Source of the DNA: Patescibacteria group bacterium
GTDB taxonomy: Bacteria; Patescibacteriota; Patescibacteriia; Veblenbacterales; UBA10138
Assembly: GCA_041648575.1 (NCBI GenBank)
Contig: JBAZOT010000002.1
Span: 34,038 to 98,037 of the forward strand
Length of the DNA stretch: 64,000 nucleotides
Reading direction: 5' to 3'
Numbering within the stretch: position 1 is the first letter of the stretch; every line of letters begins with the position of its first letter. Under the pieces are notes generated by a model that saw only the letters and a program-made list of their open reading frames with translations, was not told the DNA's origin and searched no databases. Both the position numbers and the translations under genes were made by a program. Positions 46,671 through 57,600 of this stretch are shown piece by piece.

Positions 46671-47435
46671 TTAATTACAAACCACATTTTCTTGCGTTAC
46701 TCCAGGTACAGGGGCCTCGGGCACTAATCCTCCTCCCATAAATATAATGCCGGTCATGCCAAAGCTCTTGAAAAATTTTACACCCGGATGTGCTTGCTCG
46801 CTTTGACTATATGCCCAATCAATCAACCTTTTACTAAAGGCGCAAGTAACTGGCACCCCGTATCCAAGGGGCCCCTTAGGTCCAGACACTAAACATAAAT
46901 CACCTTGTTTACCAATAATTTTAAATTCTATAGCTGGAATTGAAGTAGGTTGAAGTGGTGGAGAGTTACCCTCAACAGGAAAGGGGGGTGCAAATTGAGC
47001 CTTTAGCAAAGCTGGATTACATGCCTGTAAATTATCAGTAAAGCACTCCCACGCTTTTATAGTTTCAACAGCAGCGTCAACTTTATTATTATCCAAAAAT
47101 CCAATAAAACCAGCAGTACCACAATTAATGGTATTTATCTGTGTGATAGCCGGCTGGTTTTGGATATTATTTAACTGGTTTACTGATCCTTGTGTTGTCG
47201 GTGCCGGCCGTAACCAATACCAATATACTGCCCCAGCCATCACCAACACGATAACAACAACTGTGGTAATTATTAATCCCTTATACTTACTGACAGAAGT
47301 GGGGCTATCTGTTTGCATCGCCGCTTTAACATCTGTAGCATCCCAACCTACATTAATCAATGCTGTATTTATTTGATCATCAGAAAGACCATTCTGACGA
47401 GCAGAGGTTATATAATCAATAAGTTTTTGATCCAT
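46671..47435 (-). CDS. Hypothetical membrane-anchored protein with Cys-containing C-terminal domain
   Basis: N-terminal soluble segment, a single TM (LIITTVVVIVLVMAGAVYWYW) and a ~170-aa extracytoplasmic domain. Confidence 0.35.
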   Translation of the reverse strand: MDQKLIDYITSARQNGLSDDQINTALINVGWDATDVKAAMQTDSPTSVSKYKGLIITTVVVIVLVMAGAVYWYWLRPAPTTQGSVNQLNNIQNQPAITQINTINCGTAGFIGFLDNNKVDAAVETIKAWECFTDNLQACNPALLKAQFAPPFPVEGNSPPLQPTSIPAIEFKIIGKQGDLCLVSGPKGPLGYGVPVTCAFSKRLIDWAYSQSEQAHPGVKFFKSFGMTGIIFMGGGLVPEAPVPGVTQENVVCN

Positions 47436-47474
47436 AAATGCCCAATTTAATGATTAACTCTCTTTTATAATAAT

Positions 47475-48503
47475 TTACTTCTCCGCCGCTCTTTGTTCTT
47501 TTACTTTCTGCCAAATTTGCTCTCCAATCTCTTTTCCAATTTTAGGATTCTCGCGTAAAAATTGTTTGGCTTGTTCACGCCCCACTCCTAATTTAGTTTC
47601 ACCAAACGATAAAGTGTTGCCGCTCTTGATTAAAATATCATATTGCATGCCCGCATCAATTAAATCACCAGCTAGGGAAATTCCTTCGTTGTACATAATA
47701 TCAAATTCCGCCACTTGAAACGGCGGCGCTACTTTATTTTTTACCACCTTAGCCCGCACACGGCTGCCTAATATTTTATCGCCTTGTTTAATCTGGCCAA
47801 TTCGCCTCACTTCTATCCGCACCGAAGAATAAAATTTTAAGGCCATACCACCGGTAGTTGTTTCAGGGTTACCAAAAAATACGCCGATTTTCATGCGCGT
47901 CTGATTTAAAAAGATTACTACAGTTTTAGATTTAGAAATAATGGCTGTTAATTTTCTTAAAGCCTGGCTCATTAACCGCGCCTGCAATCCCATATGACTA
48001 TCTCCCATATCACCTTCTATTTCCGCTTTGGGGGTAAGGGCCGCTACTGAATCAATAACAACAACATCAATGCCATTGGAACGCACCAGAGTTTCCACAA
48101 TTTCCAAAGCCTGTTCACCTGTGTCGGGTTGAGAAATTAACAAGTCATCAATTTTCACGCCAATTTTTTTAGCATAAACCGGGTCTAGAGCATGTTCGGC
48201 ATCTACAAACGCTGCCAAACCGCCTATTTTTTGCAACTCGGCAATAACATGAAGAGTTAAAGTAGTTTTGCCAGAAGCTTCAGCGCCAAAAATTTCTACC
48301 ACTCTGCCCCGTGGCACGCCCCCAACTCCCAAAGCGATATCTAAACTTAAACAACCCGTAGAAATCGCATCCACTGCCATAGCATGCGCTTCACCCAACT
48401 TCATAATTGCTCCCTCGCCAAAACGTTCTTTAATTTGCTCAACGGCTAAATCCGCAGCTTTAGCGCGTTCAGTTTTTTCTTCATTTTTATTAGCTGTCGT
48501 CAT
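47475..48503 (-). CDS. recA: Recombinase RecA
   Basis: Walker [15 protein letters not shown]1/L2 loop regions. …[14 protein letters not shown]…. Confidence 0.95.
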   Translation of the reverse strand: MTTANKNEEKTERAKAADLAVEQIKERFGEGAIMKLGEAHAMAVDAISTGCLSLDIALGVGGVPRGRVVEIFGAEASGKTTLTLHVIAELQKIGGLAAFVDAEHALDPVYAKKIGVKIDDLLISQPDTGEQALEIVETLVRSNGIDVVVIDSVAALTPKAEIEGDMGDSHMGLQARLMSQALRKLTAIISKSKTVVIFLNQTRMKIGVFFGNPETTTGGMALKFYSSVRIEVRRIGQIKQGDKILGSRVRAKVVKNKVAPPFQVAEFDIMYNEGISLAGDLIDAGMQYDILIKSGNTLSFGETKLGVGREQAKQFLRENPKIGKEIGEQIWQKVKEQRAAEK

Positions 48504-48538
48504 ATATAAAAATTTAATAATAACTATACTTTATCATA

Positions 48539-49213
48539 TCAAGGATTATCCTCTGAGGGAAGGGTTTGTGCCAACACCTGCCTAGTAATCACTACTGGTT
48601 TGCTATAAGTTGAGGCGGCTGACACAGTAATAGTATTTAAACCAGGTTGCAACAAAACTTCCTGAGAAAACTCTCCTTGGTCGCTTACCGGAACCTGTTC
48701 TCCATTTAAAGTAATTTGTGTTCCTGGGGAAGTTTTACCTTTGACTTGAATTTGCAATTCATTAACCACTATATCGGAAGGTGGGTTGATTAATTCCACT
48801 TGCGGTGATAAAAAAAGATTGCGCGCCTCCCATCCTAAGTAAACAACCAAAGTCAAAAACAATATACTTAATACCAACCAACTTAATCGGAACCATGATC
48901 GCATCTTTGTTTTTTTTGGCGGTATCGCCGTTTTGCCTTTAATCATATAGGATTGTACCTCATCATATTCTTTAAGCAATATCTCAACAGGTAAATTCAA
49001 ATAATTAGCGTATTCACGTAAAAAATGACGACCATAACTACCAGCTGGTAAAATTTTTATATTTTCATCTTCTAGCGCTCGTAAATAGCTCTCTAAAATC
49101 TTAGTTTGAAAACTTACTTGTTTAAAAGTAAAACCCTGCTGCTCTCGTGCCTGACGTAATGTATTACCAAATGATATTTGGACTACTATTTTTTTAGTAT
49201 TAAAACGGGGCAT
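48539..49213 (-). CDS. RodZ-like protein (XRE-type HTH + TM + C-terminal DUF4115-like domain)
   Basis: N-terminal HTH (NTLRQAREQQGFTFKQVS), a single TM and a C-terminal beta-rich domain. This is the RodZ architecture. Confidence 0.55.
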   Translation of the reverse strand: MPRFNTKKIVVQISFGNTLRQAREQQGFTFKQVSFQTKILESYLRALEDENIKILPAGSYGRHFLREYANYLNLPVEILLKEYDEVQSYMIKGKTAIPPKKTKMRSWFRLSWLVLSILFLTLVVYLGWEARNLFLSPQVELINPPSDIVVNELQIQVKGKTSPGTQITLNGEQVPVSDQGEFSQEVLLQPGLNTITVSAASTYSKPVVITRQVLAQTLPSEDNP

Positions 49214-49284
49214 AATTTTAATATAAACTTACTTTTAGGTTGGTTGGCCTAAAAAGTATTGGAAAATTTAAACTTTAAAAAAAT

Positions 49285-51543
49285 TTATTTATTTATTTCT
49301 TCGTCTTCATTTTCACCTAAAGCAACTTGATCATCTTGCTCTATCTCCCCGTTGCTAAAATCATCAGCCACGGGCTTGCTAGATAAATTATCAGTTACTT
49401 GTGATTCAAAAGTTTCCCGATCGATTAATACCTCACGCGGTTTGGCCCCTTCTCCTGGGCCAATTATTCCTTGCTCTTCTAATAAATCCAACAACCTAGC
49501 AGCACGCGCATAACCAACCCTCAATCGCCGCTGTAATAAAGAAGCTGATGCCTTACCAGCCCGTACAATTACTGCCTTCGCTTCATCAAACAACTCATCA
49601 CTGTCTGATGACCAACCACTAACAATATTAGTAGATTTTGCCGTTATTTGTGAATCAAACTTTGGTTTTTCTTGGCCACCAATATAACTCATGACACGTT
49701 CAATTTCTTCATCGCTAACTAAAGCGCATTGCAACCTTTTTGGTTTAGTAAGTTGGGGGGATAAATATAAACAATCACCGCGACCTAATAATTTTTCAGC
49801 ACCGCTGGCATCTAAAATTGTTCTAGAATCAACACTCGATGCCACGGCAAAAGCAATACGATTAGTAATGTTAGCTTTTATTAAACCAGTAATTACATCA
49901 ACCGACGGTCGTTGGGTCGCTACAATTAAATGAATACCCACTGCTCGCGCCATTTGTGCCAGACGAATAATTGCTGTTTCAACCTCGTGCGCTGCCACCG
50001 CCATTAAATCCGCCAACTCATCAATCACTACAATAATATAAGGCATCTGACCGCCATTCTGATTAAAGGCCTGAATATTCCGCTTGCCTTCAGCGGCTAG
50101 GGTTTGATAACGTCTATCCATTTCTGCTACCACCCACTTGAGTGCGGCAATAGTTTTATCAATCTCGATAATTACTGGAGTTAATAAATGCGGAATTTGA
50201 TTATAAGCCGCTAGCTCCACGCGCTTAGGATCAATAATAATAAATTTCAAATCATCAGGTGAATTAGTATACAACAAAGAAATCAACATACTATTAATAC
50301 AAACAGATTTGCCCGAACCAGTAGCACCAGCAATTAACAAATGTGGCATGTTTTCTAAATCAGCTATCCAAGCTCTACCAGCAACATCTTTACCTAAAGC
50401 AACAGATAAATTAGATTTTCTTTTTTTAAATTGTTCACTAATTAAAATTTCTTTTAATCCCACTGTTGCTACTGCCTGATTAGGGACTTCAACGCCCACT
50501 AGTGCTTTCCCAGGTATTGGCGCCTCAATACGGATAGGATGAGCTGCCAGCGCTAACGCTAGATCATTAGCCAGGGCCGTAATATGAACCAACTTTACTC
50601 CTTCTGCTGGTTTTAACGTATATTGAGTAACGGTAGGTCCAACTGAAATTTCACCCATTTCAACTTCTATACCAAAATTAGCTAAGGTTTTTTGAATTTT
50701 TTCTTTTTGTAATTCAATATCACCGCTAGTTGGTTTACTAGAAATAGTTTTTAACAATTCTAAAGGTATATCAATTTTCCGATGACTTGGCTTTATTTCT
50801 ATTAATGGTTCCTGGACCGGAACAGTTGTTTTATCTGCACGCGGTTTAAAAGTTGGAATTAATTTGGTCAATTGCTTAACTGACATTCTTGGCTCTGAAT
50901 CTACCTCTTGCTCTGGCACTTCCTCATCAAAAGTTTGGTTGGAAGAATCTACAATTTCCTCGTTAGATTTTTGAAATGGTCGCTTAATAATTTTTCCTAC
51001 AAAAAAAACAGGGCTTAAAAGTCGTTTGATGGTAGTTTCAAACAATACTAAAATTCCGCCAATAATTAACGCCACTAACAATATGATACTAGCCCATAAC
51101 CCCAAAATATTATAAAGCGGCAACAAGGCCAAAAAACCTAGCATTCCTCCGCCAGTACCCTGCCAAATATTTTTCCAACCAATGTTTAAATCTTCACCAA
51201 TTTGCAGTAAACCTGTTATTCCTAAAACAATCATAATTAAACCTATCCAGTGATGCATTCTAATTTTAAATTCCGATTGCATCATAGCAAAAGCAAAGGC
51301 AATTAAGATAAAAGGTAGTAACCAACCGGCTGAACCACCAAATACTAATAAACCATGTTCTAACCAACGACCAGCTGGACCGGCAAAATTGGCCAAAGAT
51401 AATAATAAAATAAAACTAAAGACAAATAAAAATGACACCACTAAATCATGCTTGGTATCTTTATTTAAACCACGATGTTTATGCCGATCATCGCTAACTT
51501 TAATTCTAATTTTTCTGTCCTTTTTACTAAATAAACTTGCCAT
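49285..51543 (-). CDS. ftsK: DNA translocase FtsK/SpoIIIE
   Basis: N-terminal 4-TM domain, linker, motor domain with Walker A GATGSGKS, and a C-terminal gamma winged helix. Confidence 0.9.
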   Translation of the reverse strand: MASLFSKKDRKIRIKVSDDRHKHRGLNKDTKHDLVVSFLFVFSFILLLSLANFAGPAGRWLEHGLLVFGGSAGWLLPFILIAFAFAMMQSEFKIRMHHWIGLIMIVLGITGLLQIGEDLNIGWKNIWQGTGGGMLGFLALLPLYNILGLWASIILLVALIIGGILVLFETTIKRLLSPVFFVGKIIKRPFQKSNEEIVDSSNQTFDEEVPEQEVDSEPRMSVKQLTKLIPTFKPRADKTTVPVQEPLIEIKPSHRKIDIPLELLKTISSKPTSGDIELQKEKIQKTLANFGIEVEMGEISVGPTVTQYTLKPAEGVKLVHITALANDLALALAAHPIRIEAPIPGKALVGVEVPNQAVATVGLKEILISEQFKKRKSNLSVALGKDVAGRAWIADLENMPHLLIAGATGSGKSVCINSMLISLLYTNSPDDLKFIIIDPKRVELAAYNQIPHLLTPVIIEIDKTIAALKWVVAEMDRRYQTLAAEGKRNIQAFNQNGGQMPYIIVVIDELADLMAVAAHEVETAIIRLAQMARAVGIHLIVATQRPSVDVITGLIKANITNRIAFAVASSVDSRTILDASGAEKLLGRGDCLYLSPQLTKPKRLQCALVSDEEIERVMSYIGGQEKPKFDSQITAKSTNIVSGWSSDSDELFDEAKAVIVRAGKASASLLQRRLRVGYARAARLLDLLEEQGIIGPGEGAKPREVLIDRETFESQVTDNLSSKPVADDFSNGEIEQDDQVALGENEDEEINK

Positions 51544-51580
51544 AAAGCATGGTAATTATAGCAAAAAAATCAGTTGATTA

Positions 51581-52918
51581 CTAATTACCCGAACGATGCA
51601 AATGCTTTACCACTGGCACTACACTAATTGTTTCTTGATGATAACGGCTGTAAAAATAAAAGCCCCCTAAAGCTAGCAGCAAAGCCAGCGAAGCAAATAA
51701 AATATAAGAAAAACTAATTCCATACCAAGCTGCTATCCAACCGACTATTAAGGGCGCCGCAACCGTGGCTAATTTTTCTGCAAATTTAGTAATCGCCGCA
51801 GTTTCACCTTCCAAATGATTTGGCGACAAAGAAAATATTACTGGCCGAACTGTTAAATTAAGTATAGCCAAGGCCGAAGAAATAAAAAAACTTACTACAA
51901 AAAAAATAACTTGCGAATGAATATAGAAAAAAGTAAACATTAAAATACTAATCAAACTGAAAAATAAGAGAATAATGTATTTTTTTGCCCAATGTGCCAG
52001 CAAGGTAGCGTAATAGACTGACAAAAAAATTGGAATTTGAAAAAAAATCGACACCAAACCTATTTGGATTAAACTTAGTTTCTGCTCAATGCCAAACAGC
52101 GGCAAAAAAATCATAAATCCAAACTGAATAAATAGTAGTGAGAACACGGCTAAAATTTGTACATAAAAAAAGATACTGTAATTAGGCAGGGCTTTGATAG
52201 CGCGGCTTAAAAACTTACTGCTGAACAAATCTTTAAAAATTGTCCCTAGTGGCGCGGGTTTGGTAGAAGTTGGCGGCAAACGTCTTTCAATGAGTAAAGT
52301 TAATAATATAAATAAAGCGACCACTAAAAAGCCGTAATACAACGGCCACCAAGCTACCACTGCTAATACTGCCAATGTTCCTACCAGGTATCCCAAAGCG
52401 TCCAGCGAAATATAAAATGAATAATTAAAAGATTTATCACCCTCATAGTGATTATCAACATACGCCTGACTGGTTTCATACATAATTATGGAACTAATAC
52501 CATTAACCAGCACAGCCATTACTAGTAAGGGTATAGAATTTAAATAACCAGCAGCAAAATATAAACTCGCTACTGCCAAATACATTACCAGTGAAGCGCG
52601 AATAATGGTTTTGTGATCAAACCGGTCAATTACTTGTCCCAAGGGCAAAGTAAGCAGTAAACCAGATAAACTAAACAAGGAAATCACCACGCCAGTGATA
52701 AACAAATTATTAGTTATTTTTTCAATATAAATTGCCCACCATGGGTCAATAAAACCAAAACCAAATTCAAAAAAGAACATTACCACTGCCATTATTTTAA
52801 TCGGCCGCGGCACCTTGTTAATTAAGTTTCTAAAACTATAAGGTTTAGTTATCAGTTGATTCATATTAAAATTATAACATAATATTACTATTAGCCCATT
52901 ATTATTGCCGTAACACAA
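51581..52918 (-). CDS. MFS-family transporter
   Basis: 12 predicted TM helices, 445 aa, with characteristic loop motifs. Confidence 0.65.
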   Translation of the reverse strand: MCYGNNNGLIVILCYNFNMNQLITKPYSFRNLINKVPRPIKIMAVVMFFFEFGFGFIDPWWAIYIEKITNNLFITGVVISLFSLSGLLLTLPLGQVIDRFDHKTIIRASLVMYLAVASLYFAAGYLNSIPLLVMAVLVNGISSIIMYETSQAYVDNHYEGDKSFNYSFYISLDALGYLVGTLAVLAVVAWWPLYYGFLVVALFILLTLLIERRLPPTSTKPAPLGTIFKDLFSSKFLSRAIKALPNYSIFFYVQILAVFSLLFIQFGFMIFLPLFGIEQKLSLIQIGLVSIFFQIPIFLSVYYATLLAHWAKKYIILLFFSLISILMFTFFYIHSQVIFFVVSFFISSALAILNLTVRPVIFSLSPNHLEGETAAITKFAEKLATVAAPLIVGWIAAWYGISFSYILFASLALLLALGGFYFYSRYHQETISVVPVVKHLHRSGN

Positions 52919-53006
52919 AACTTGACTAAATTATTTACATGATGTAAAGTCTTATCAAATAAATACTAATAAACCAAATATTAACAACTAAATATAGAGG
53001 TCAAAA

Positions 53007-53720
53007 ATGAACAAACAACTTTTTTTGATTAGTAGCTCTAAGTGTGAAGGCGGAAGTTACCTTGCACATTGCGCTGAAGCTATAAAAGCATTCTTAGGGA
53101 CAATGCAACCCAACGAACAGATAGCTTTTATCCCCTATGCCCTAAAAGACCACGACGGTTATACTAAGGTAGCTCAAGCAGCTTTTAAAGCTATGGGATA
53201 CAATTTAACATCAGTACACCGCTTCAAAAATCCAGACAATTTGATAAGAAACCATTTAATAAAAGCTGTTTTTGTTGGCGGTGGAAATACTTTTCGACTC
53301 TTAAGTACACTCCAGGAAAAAGGTCTTGTGGGTCTCATAAGGGGCTGTGTAGAAGAGAAAGGAATCAAGTATATTGGATCTAGTGCTGGCTCAAATATGG
53401 CCTGCCCCACCATCAAAACGACTAACGATATGCCCATAGTGCAACCTCGAGCTTTCAACGCCTTAAGATTGATTAATTTCCAAATCAATCCGCACTTCGT
53501 GCCAGGGAGTTTAGTTCCAGGACATATGGGCGAAACTAGGGAAGAACGAATTAAGCAGTTTCACGAAGAAAACGACACACCGGTCATTGGCTTAACAGAA
53601 ACCAATTGGCTCACCGTTGATGGAGAGAAAACTGTGCTACACGGAAAAAAAGAGGCGTTCGTCTTCGAACGAGGCAAAGAGCTAAGGATGTGGCCGCCGG
53701 AAACTGTGTTGATGCTATAA
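53007..53720 (+). CDS. pepE: Peptidase E-like (S51 family alpha-aspartyl dipeptidase)
   Basis: …VFVGGGNTF… and nucleophile context …IGSSAGSNM…. ~235 aa. Confidence 0.65.
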   Translation: MNKQLFLISSSKCEGGSYLAHCAEAIKAFLGTMQPNEQIAFIPYALKDHDGYTKVAQAAFKAMGYNLTSVHRFKNPDNLIRNHLIKAVFVGGGNTFRLLSTLQEKGLVGLIRGCVEEKGIKYIGSSAGSNMACPTIKTTNDMPIVQPRAFNALRLINFQINPHFVPGSLVPGHMGETREERIKQFHEENDTPVIGLTETNWLTVDGEKTVLHGKKEAFVFERGKELRMWPPETVLML

Positions 53721-53947
53721 ACAAAAATATGCAACATATCTAATGGGATTTTAGTAAAACAAAATCCCATTTTTATTTACTAAAAAATCAGCCTTCGCTA
53801 ACCGGTGAGGATTATTAAAATTATAATATTACCTGCATTTCATTATTCATTAAATCTTAACAAAAAAACTATTGACTTTATTTTTCAAATGTAGTAAGTT
53901 TATTTAAAATAAATCATCAAAAAAATCAACAACAAAAGGAACTAACA

Positions 53948-54442
53948 ATGACACATTCAAAAATAGTATACATATCTGGGACTTTAACCGATCTGACAGA
54001 AGAAGAACGAATTAAATTACGGCAGTTCTATGAAGACCTAGGTAGTATCTGTTCAAAGTTCGGTTTTACACCTTATATTCCACACTTCCACAGCGATCCA
54101 CTCCATACTCTCACTCAACGCAATTTCGATCGTATTGAACGCCTGGCTGTTACACAATCATACTTGGTTATAGCATACGTTGGGATCGATTCAACAAAAG
54201 TAGGTATCATTATTGAGATGGCCTACCATGCCAATAAACCAACTGTCCTGATATATAAAAGAAAACAACGAGATGGCTTAATTTCCCAGTCAGTTTGTGG
54301 AAACCCCGGTGTTGTTCATCAAATAGAATTTGACGAAGAAGTTGGTGGTTTTGAAAACGCAAAAAAACAGTTGAGTAAATTTTTACATGAATTTCGTAGC
54401 TCAAACGTTGCAGATGGTCTACCAAATATAATTTCACTATAA
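53948..54442 (+). CDS. Hypothetical protein with nucleoside 2-deoxyribosyltransferase-like / flavodoxin-like fold signature (low confidence)
   Basis: Pattern KIVYISG…(acidic)…YIPH…IIIEMAYH…KPTVLIY resembles the NDT/DNPH1-like superfamily. Strong RBS. Confidence 0.3.
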   Translation: MTHSKIVYISGTLTDLTEEERIKLRQFYEDLGSICSKFGFTPYIPHFHSDPLHTLTQRNFDRIERLAVTQSYLVIAYVGIDSTKVGIIIEMAYHANKPTVLIYKRKQRDGLISQSVCGNPGVVHQIEFDEEVGGFENAKKQLSKFLHEFRSSNVADGLPNIISL

Positions 54443-54614
54443 AACAAACGATTCTAAAATAAAAATTAAACACAATAATACCCGCCGACCACCGATATGC
54501 AATAATGCTGAGGTGGTTTTTTATTTTATAATTACTTAAAGTAGTCATTTTTTTAGTAAAAAAACCAGCCCTCACTAACCAGCGGGGTATGAATAAATTT
54601 TTAGTTAACAAATT

Positions 54615-57600
54615 TTATTCCTCAACAATCGGAGCGGGGGTAGCAGTTATATCTACTGGGTCAGCAACCTGGACCGCCAACTCGGCCATCATGGCTCGCG
54701 CTTGTTCGGCCAGCGCTTGCTGTTCTACTTCTCTCTTGGCACGTTCTGCTTCGCGCTGCTTATTAATTATGACCATATCTTTAACAATACGTTCATGATA
54801 ATCACCATAACCAGTGCCAGCTGGAATCAATCGCCCAATAATCACATTTTCTTTTAAGCCACGTAGATAATCAACCTTGCCGGTTACAGCAGCATCAATC
54901 AGCACCCGCGCTGTTTCTTGAAAAGAAGCAGCAGATAAAAAGCTATCGGCCGATAATGAAGCTTTGGTTACTCCCAATAAAATCTGGTCGCCTTGAGCAA
55001 TGGTACCATTCTTTCTTACTTTTTCATTAGCTTCTTCAAACTGCGCTGTGGTAACAATTTCTCCGGGCAATAATTCAGTATCACCGGCATCATTAATATA
55101 CATCCGTGAAAACATTTGGCGAATAATAATCTCTATGTGTTTGTCATTTAATTTCTGCCCCTGAACAGAATAAATGTTTTGAATTTCTTTAAGAATATAT
55201 TTTTGCACCGCCTCAATATTTCTTAAACTATAAAGACTCGCTAAATCAATTGGCCCTTCGCTTAACTGCTGGCCGCGCGTTACCTGATCGCCGTCTTTTA
55301 TCCAACAGGCAAAACCCATAGGCACTAAAACTTCTTTATCCAGCTCACCTGGTCCTGAAACAATAATTTGCTTATCAGTAACTTCTACCACTCCTGCCAA
55401 ACCGGCCTTTATCTCGCCACCATCAACTGTTTTAATTAGCGGAGTATTAGCTGTTACCTTGCTTCCTGTTTTAACCAATACCTTAGCCTCGGGATAACGC
55501 TGCAAATTAATAACCTCTTGCTTATCGCCTTGATAATGTAAAATAATAACTTTTTGCCGACCACGAGTTAACACTTCTGCTTTACCATCAAATTCAGCTA
55601 ACACGGCAGGTTTTTTAATAGGTCTGGCTTCAAAAATTTCTTCTACCCGCGGTAAACCTTGGGTAATATCTTCTACCGATGCCACGCCTCCGGTATGGAA
55701 AGTACGCATGGTTAATTGGGTTCCTGGCTCGCCAATAGACTGAGCAGCAATAATACCAACTGCTGTACCAATGGACACTACTGAATTGAAACCCAAATCC
55801 CAACCATAACATTTTTGGCATAAACCTCGACCAACTTTACAAGTTAAACTAGAACGAATATGAATAGTAGATACTTCAGAACTATCTATTAACTTAGCTT
55901 GATCATTAGTTATCAATTCTCCTTTTTTAACAATAGTTTCTCCATTTTTCGGATCAACCACCGCTTCAATCACAAATCTACCTTTAACTCTTTCCCCTAG
56001 TCTATCACCTGCTTCACTGCTTTCATTTCTTTGCCAAACCAAACCCTGTTTGTCACCGCAATCTTCCTCGCGTATTACCATGTCTTGTGCAACATCTATT
56101 AAACGGCGAGTTAAATAACCAGCATTAGAAGTACGTAAAGCTGTATCGCTTAAACCTTTTCTGGTGCCGTGAGTGGAAATAAAATATTCCAAAACCTCAA
56201 AACCTTCTTTAAAATTTCCTTTAACCGGCAGTTCAATGGTTTCGCCGGCCGGATTAGTAACCAACCCTTTCATACCCATCATTTGGGTTAGCTGTGCCCA
56301 AGAACCTCTTGCTCCAGATTCAATCATGGCATACACTGGACTTTTTGGATCCAAAGCTTTCCGGCATAACTTGGTAACCTGCTCTTTAACGTGCGCCCAT
56401 ATTTCCACAATCTTGATATGTCGTTCTTCAGCAGTCAGTAAACCTTGTTGATATTGTTCTTCAATTACTGTAATTTGTGTATCTGCTTCTTGATAAAGTT
56501 GACCTCTTTCATTAAGTTCGGGTAAATCCGCCATACCCCATGACAAACCAGATTCAGTTAAATATTTAAATGCTAATTCTTTAATATTATCGGCCAACAC
56601 AGCGGTTGTATCTGTACTATTTTTTTCCAAACATAACGCCATTAAAGCCCTTAGACTTTTGGCGGTCATGGTTTCATTGATATACTGCAAATTTTCCGGC
56701 AAAATATTATTAAATAAAATTCTACCGACACAAGTTTCAATATGCTTATTGCTAATTCTTACGTTTATTTGTTCTGATACAGTAATATAACCTCCTTGAA
56801 AAGCCATAATTGCTTCATCGGTATCAACAAACATTTTTACCTGACCCCGCGCTGGGGTTTGGCTAGTCATGTAATAGCAACCCAACACCATGTCTTGGGT
56901 GGGTGATACTATTGGCTGGCCAGTTGCCGGTTTAAGTAAATTTTTAGCCGACAGCATTATTTCTCGGGCTTCCCATTTAGCCTCTTCGGTAATCGGCACA
57001 TGAACAGCCATTTGGTCACCATCAAAATCAGCATTAAAAGCTGGACAGATTAATGGATGAATTTGAATAGCTTTTCCTTCAATCAAAACTGGCTGAAAGG
57101 CTTGAATACCCAAACGATGTAGCGTTGGAGCGCGATTTAATAACACATGGGCGCCTTTAACAACTTCTTCCAATATATCCCACACTTCAGTAGTTTTTGA
57201 CTCTATCATACGGTTGGCGCTTCGCACATTATGCACGTACTCCCGTTCAATCAATTTAGAAATAACAAACGGCTTGAATAATTCCAACGCCATCATTTTA
57301 GGCAAACCGCACTGATTAAGTTCCAACTTTGGCCCGACCACAATCACGCTACGGCCAGAATAATCAGTTCTTTTACCCAACAAATTCTGCCTAAAACGGC
57401 CTTGTTTGCCTTTTAAAATATCAGCAATTGATTTAAGCATGCGCCGCTGCCCAGTAGAGGCAGTTACGGTTTTACCGTGTCTAGCGCCATTATCAATTAA
57501 AGCATCCACCGCTTCTTGCAACATGCGTTTTTCATTGCGGCAAATTACCTCTGGCGCATTTAGTTCCACTAAACGTTTTAATCGATTATTTCGATTAATA

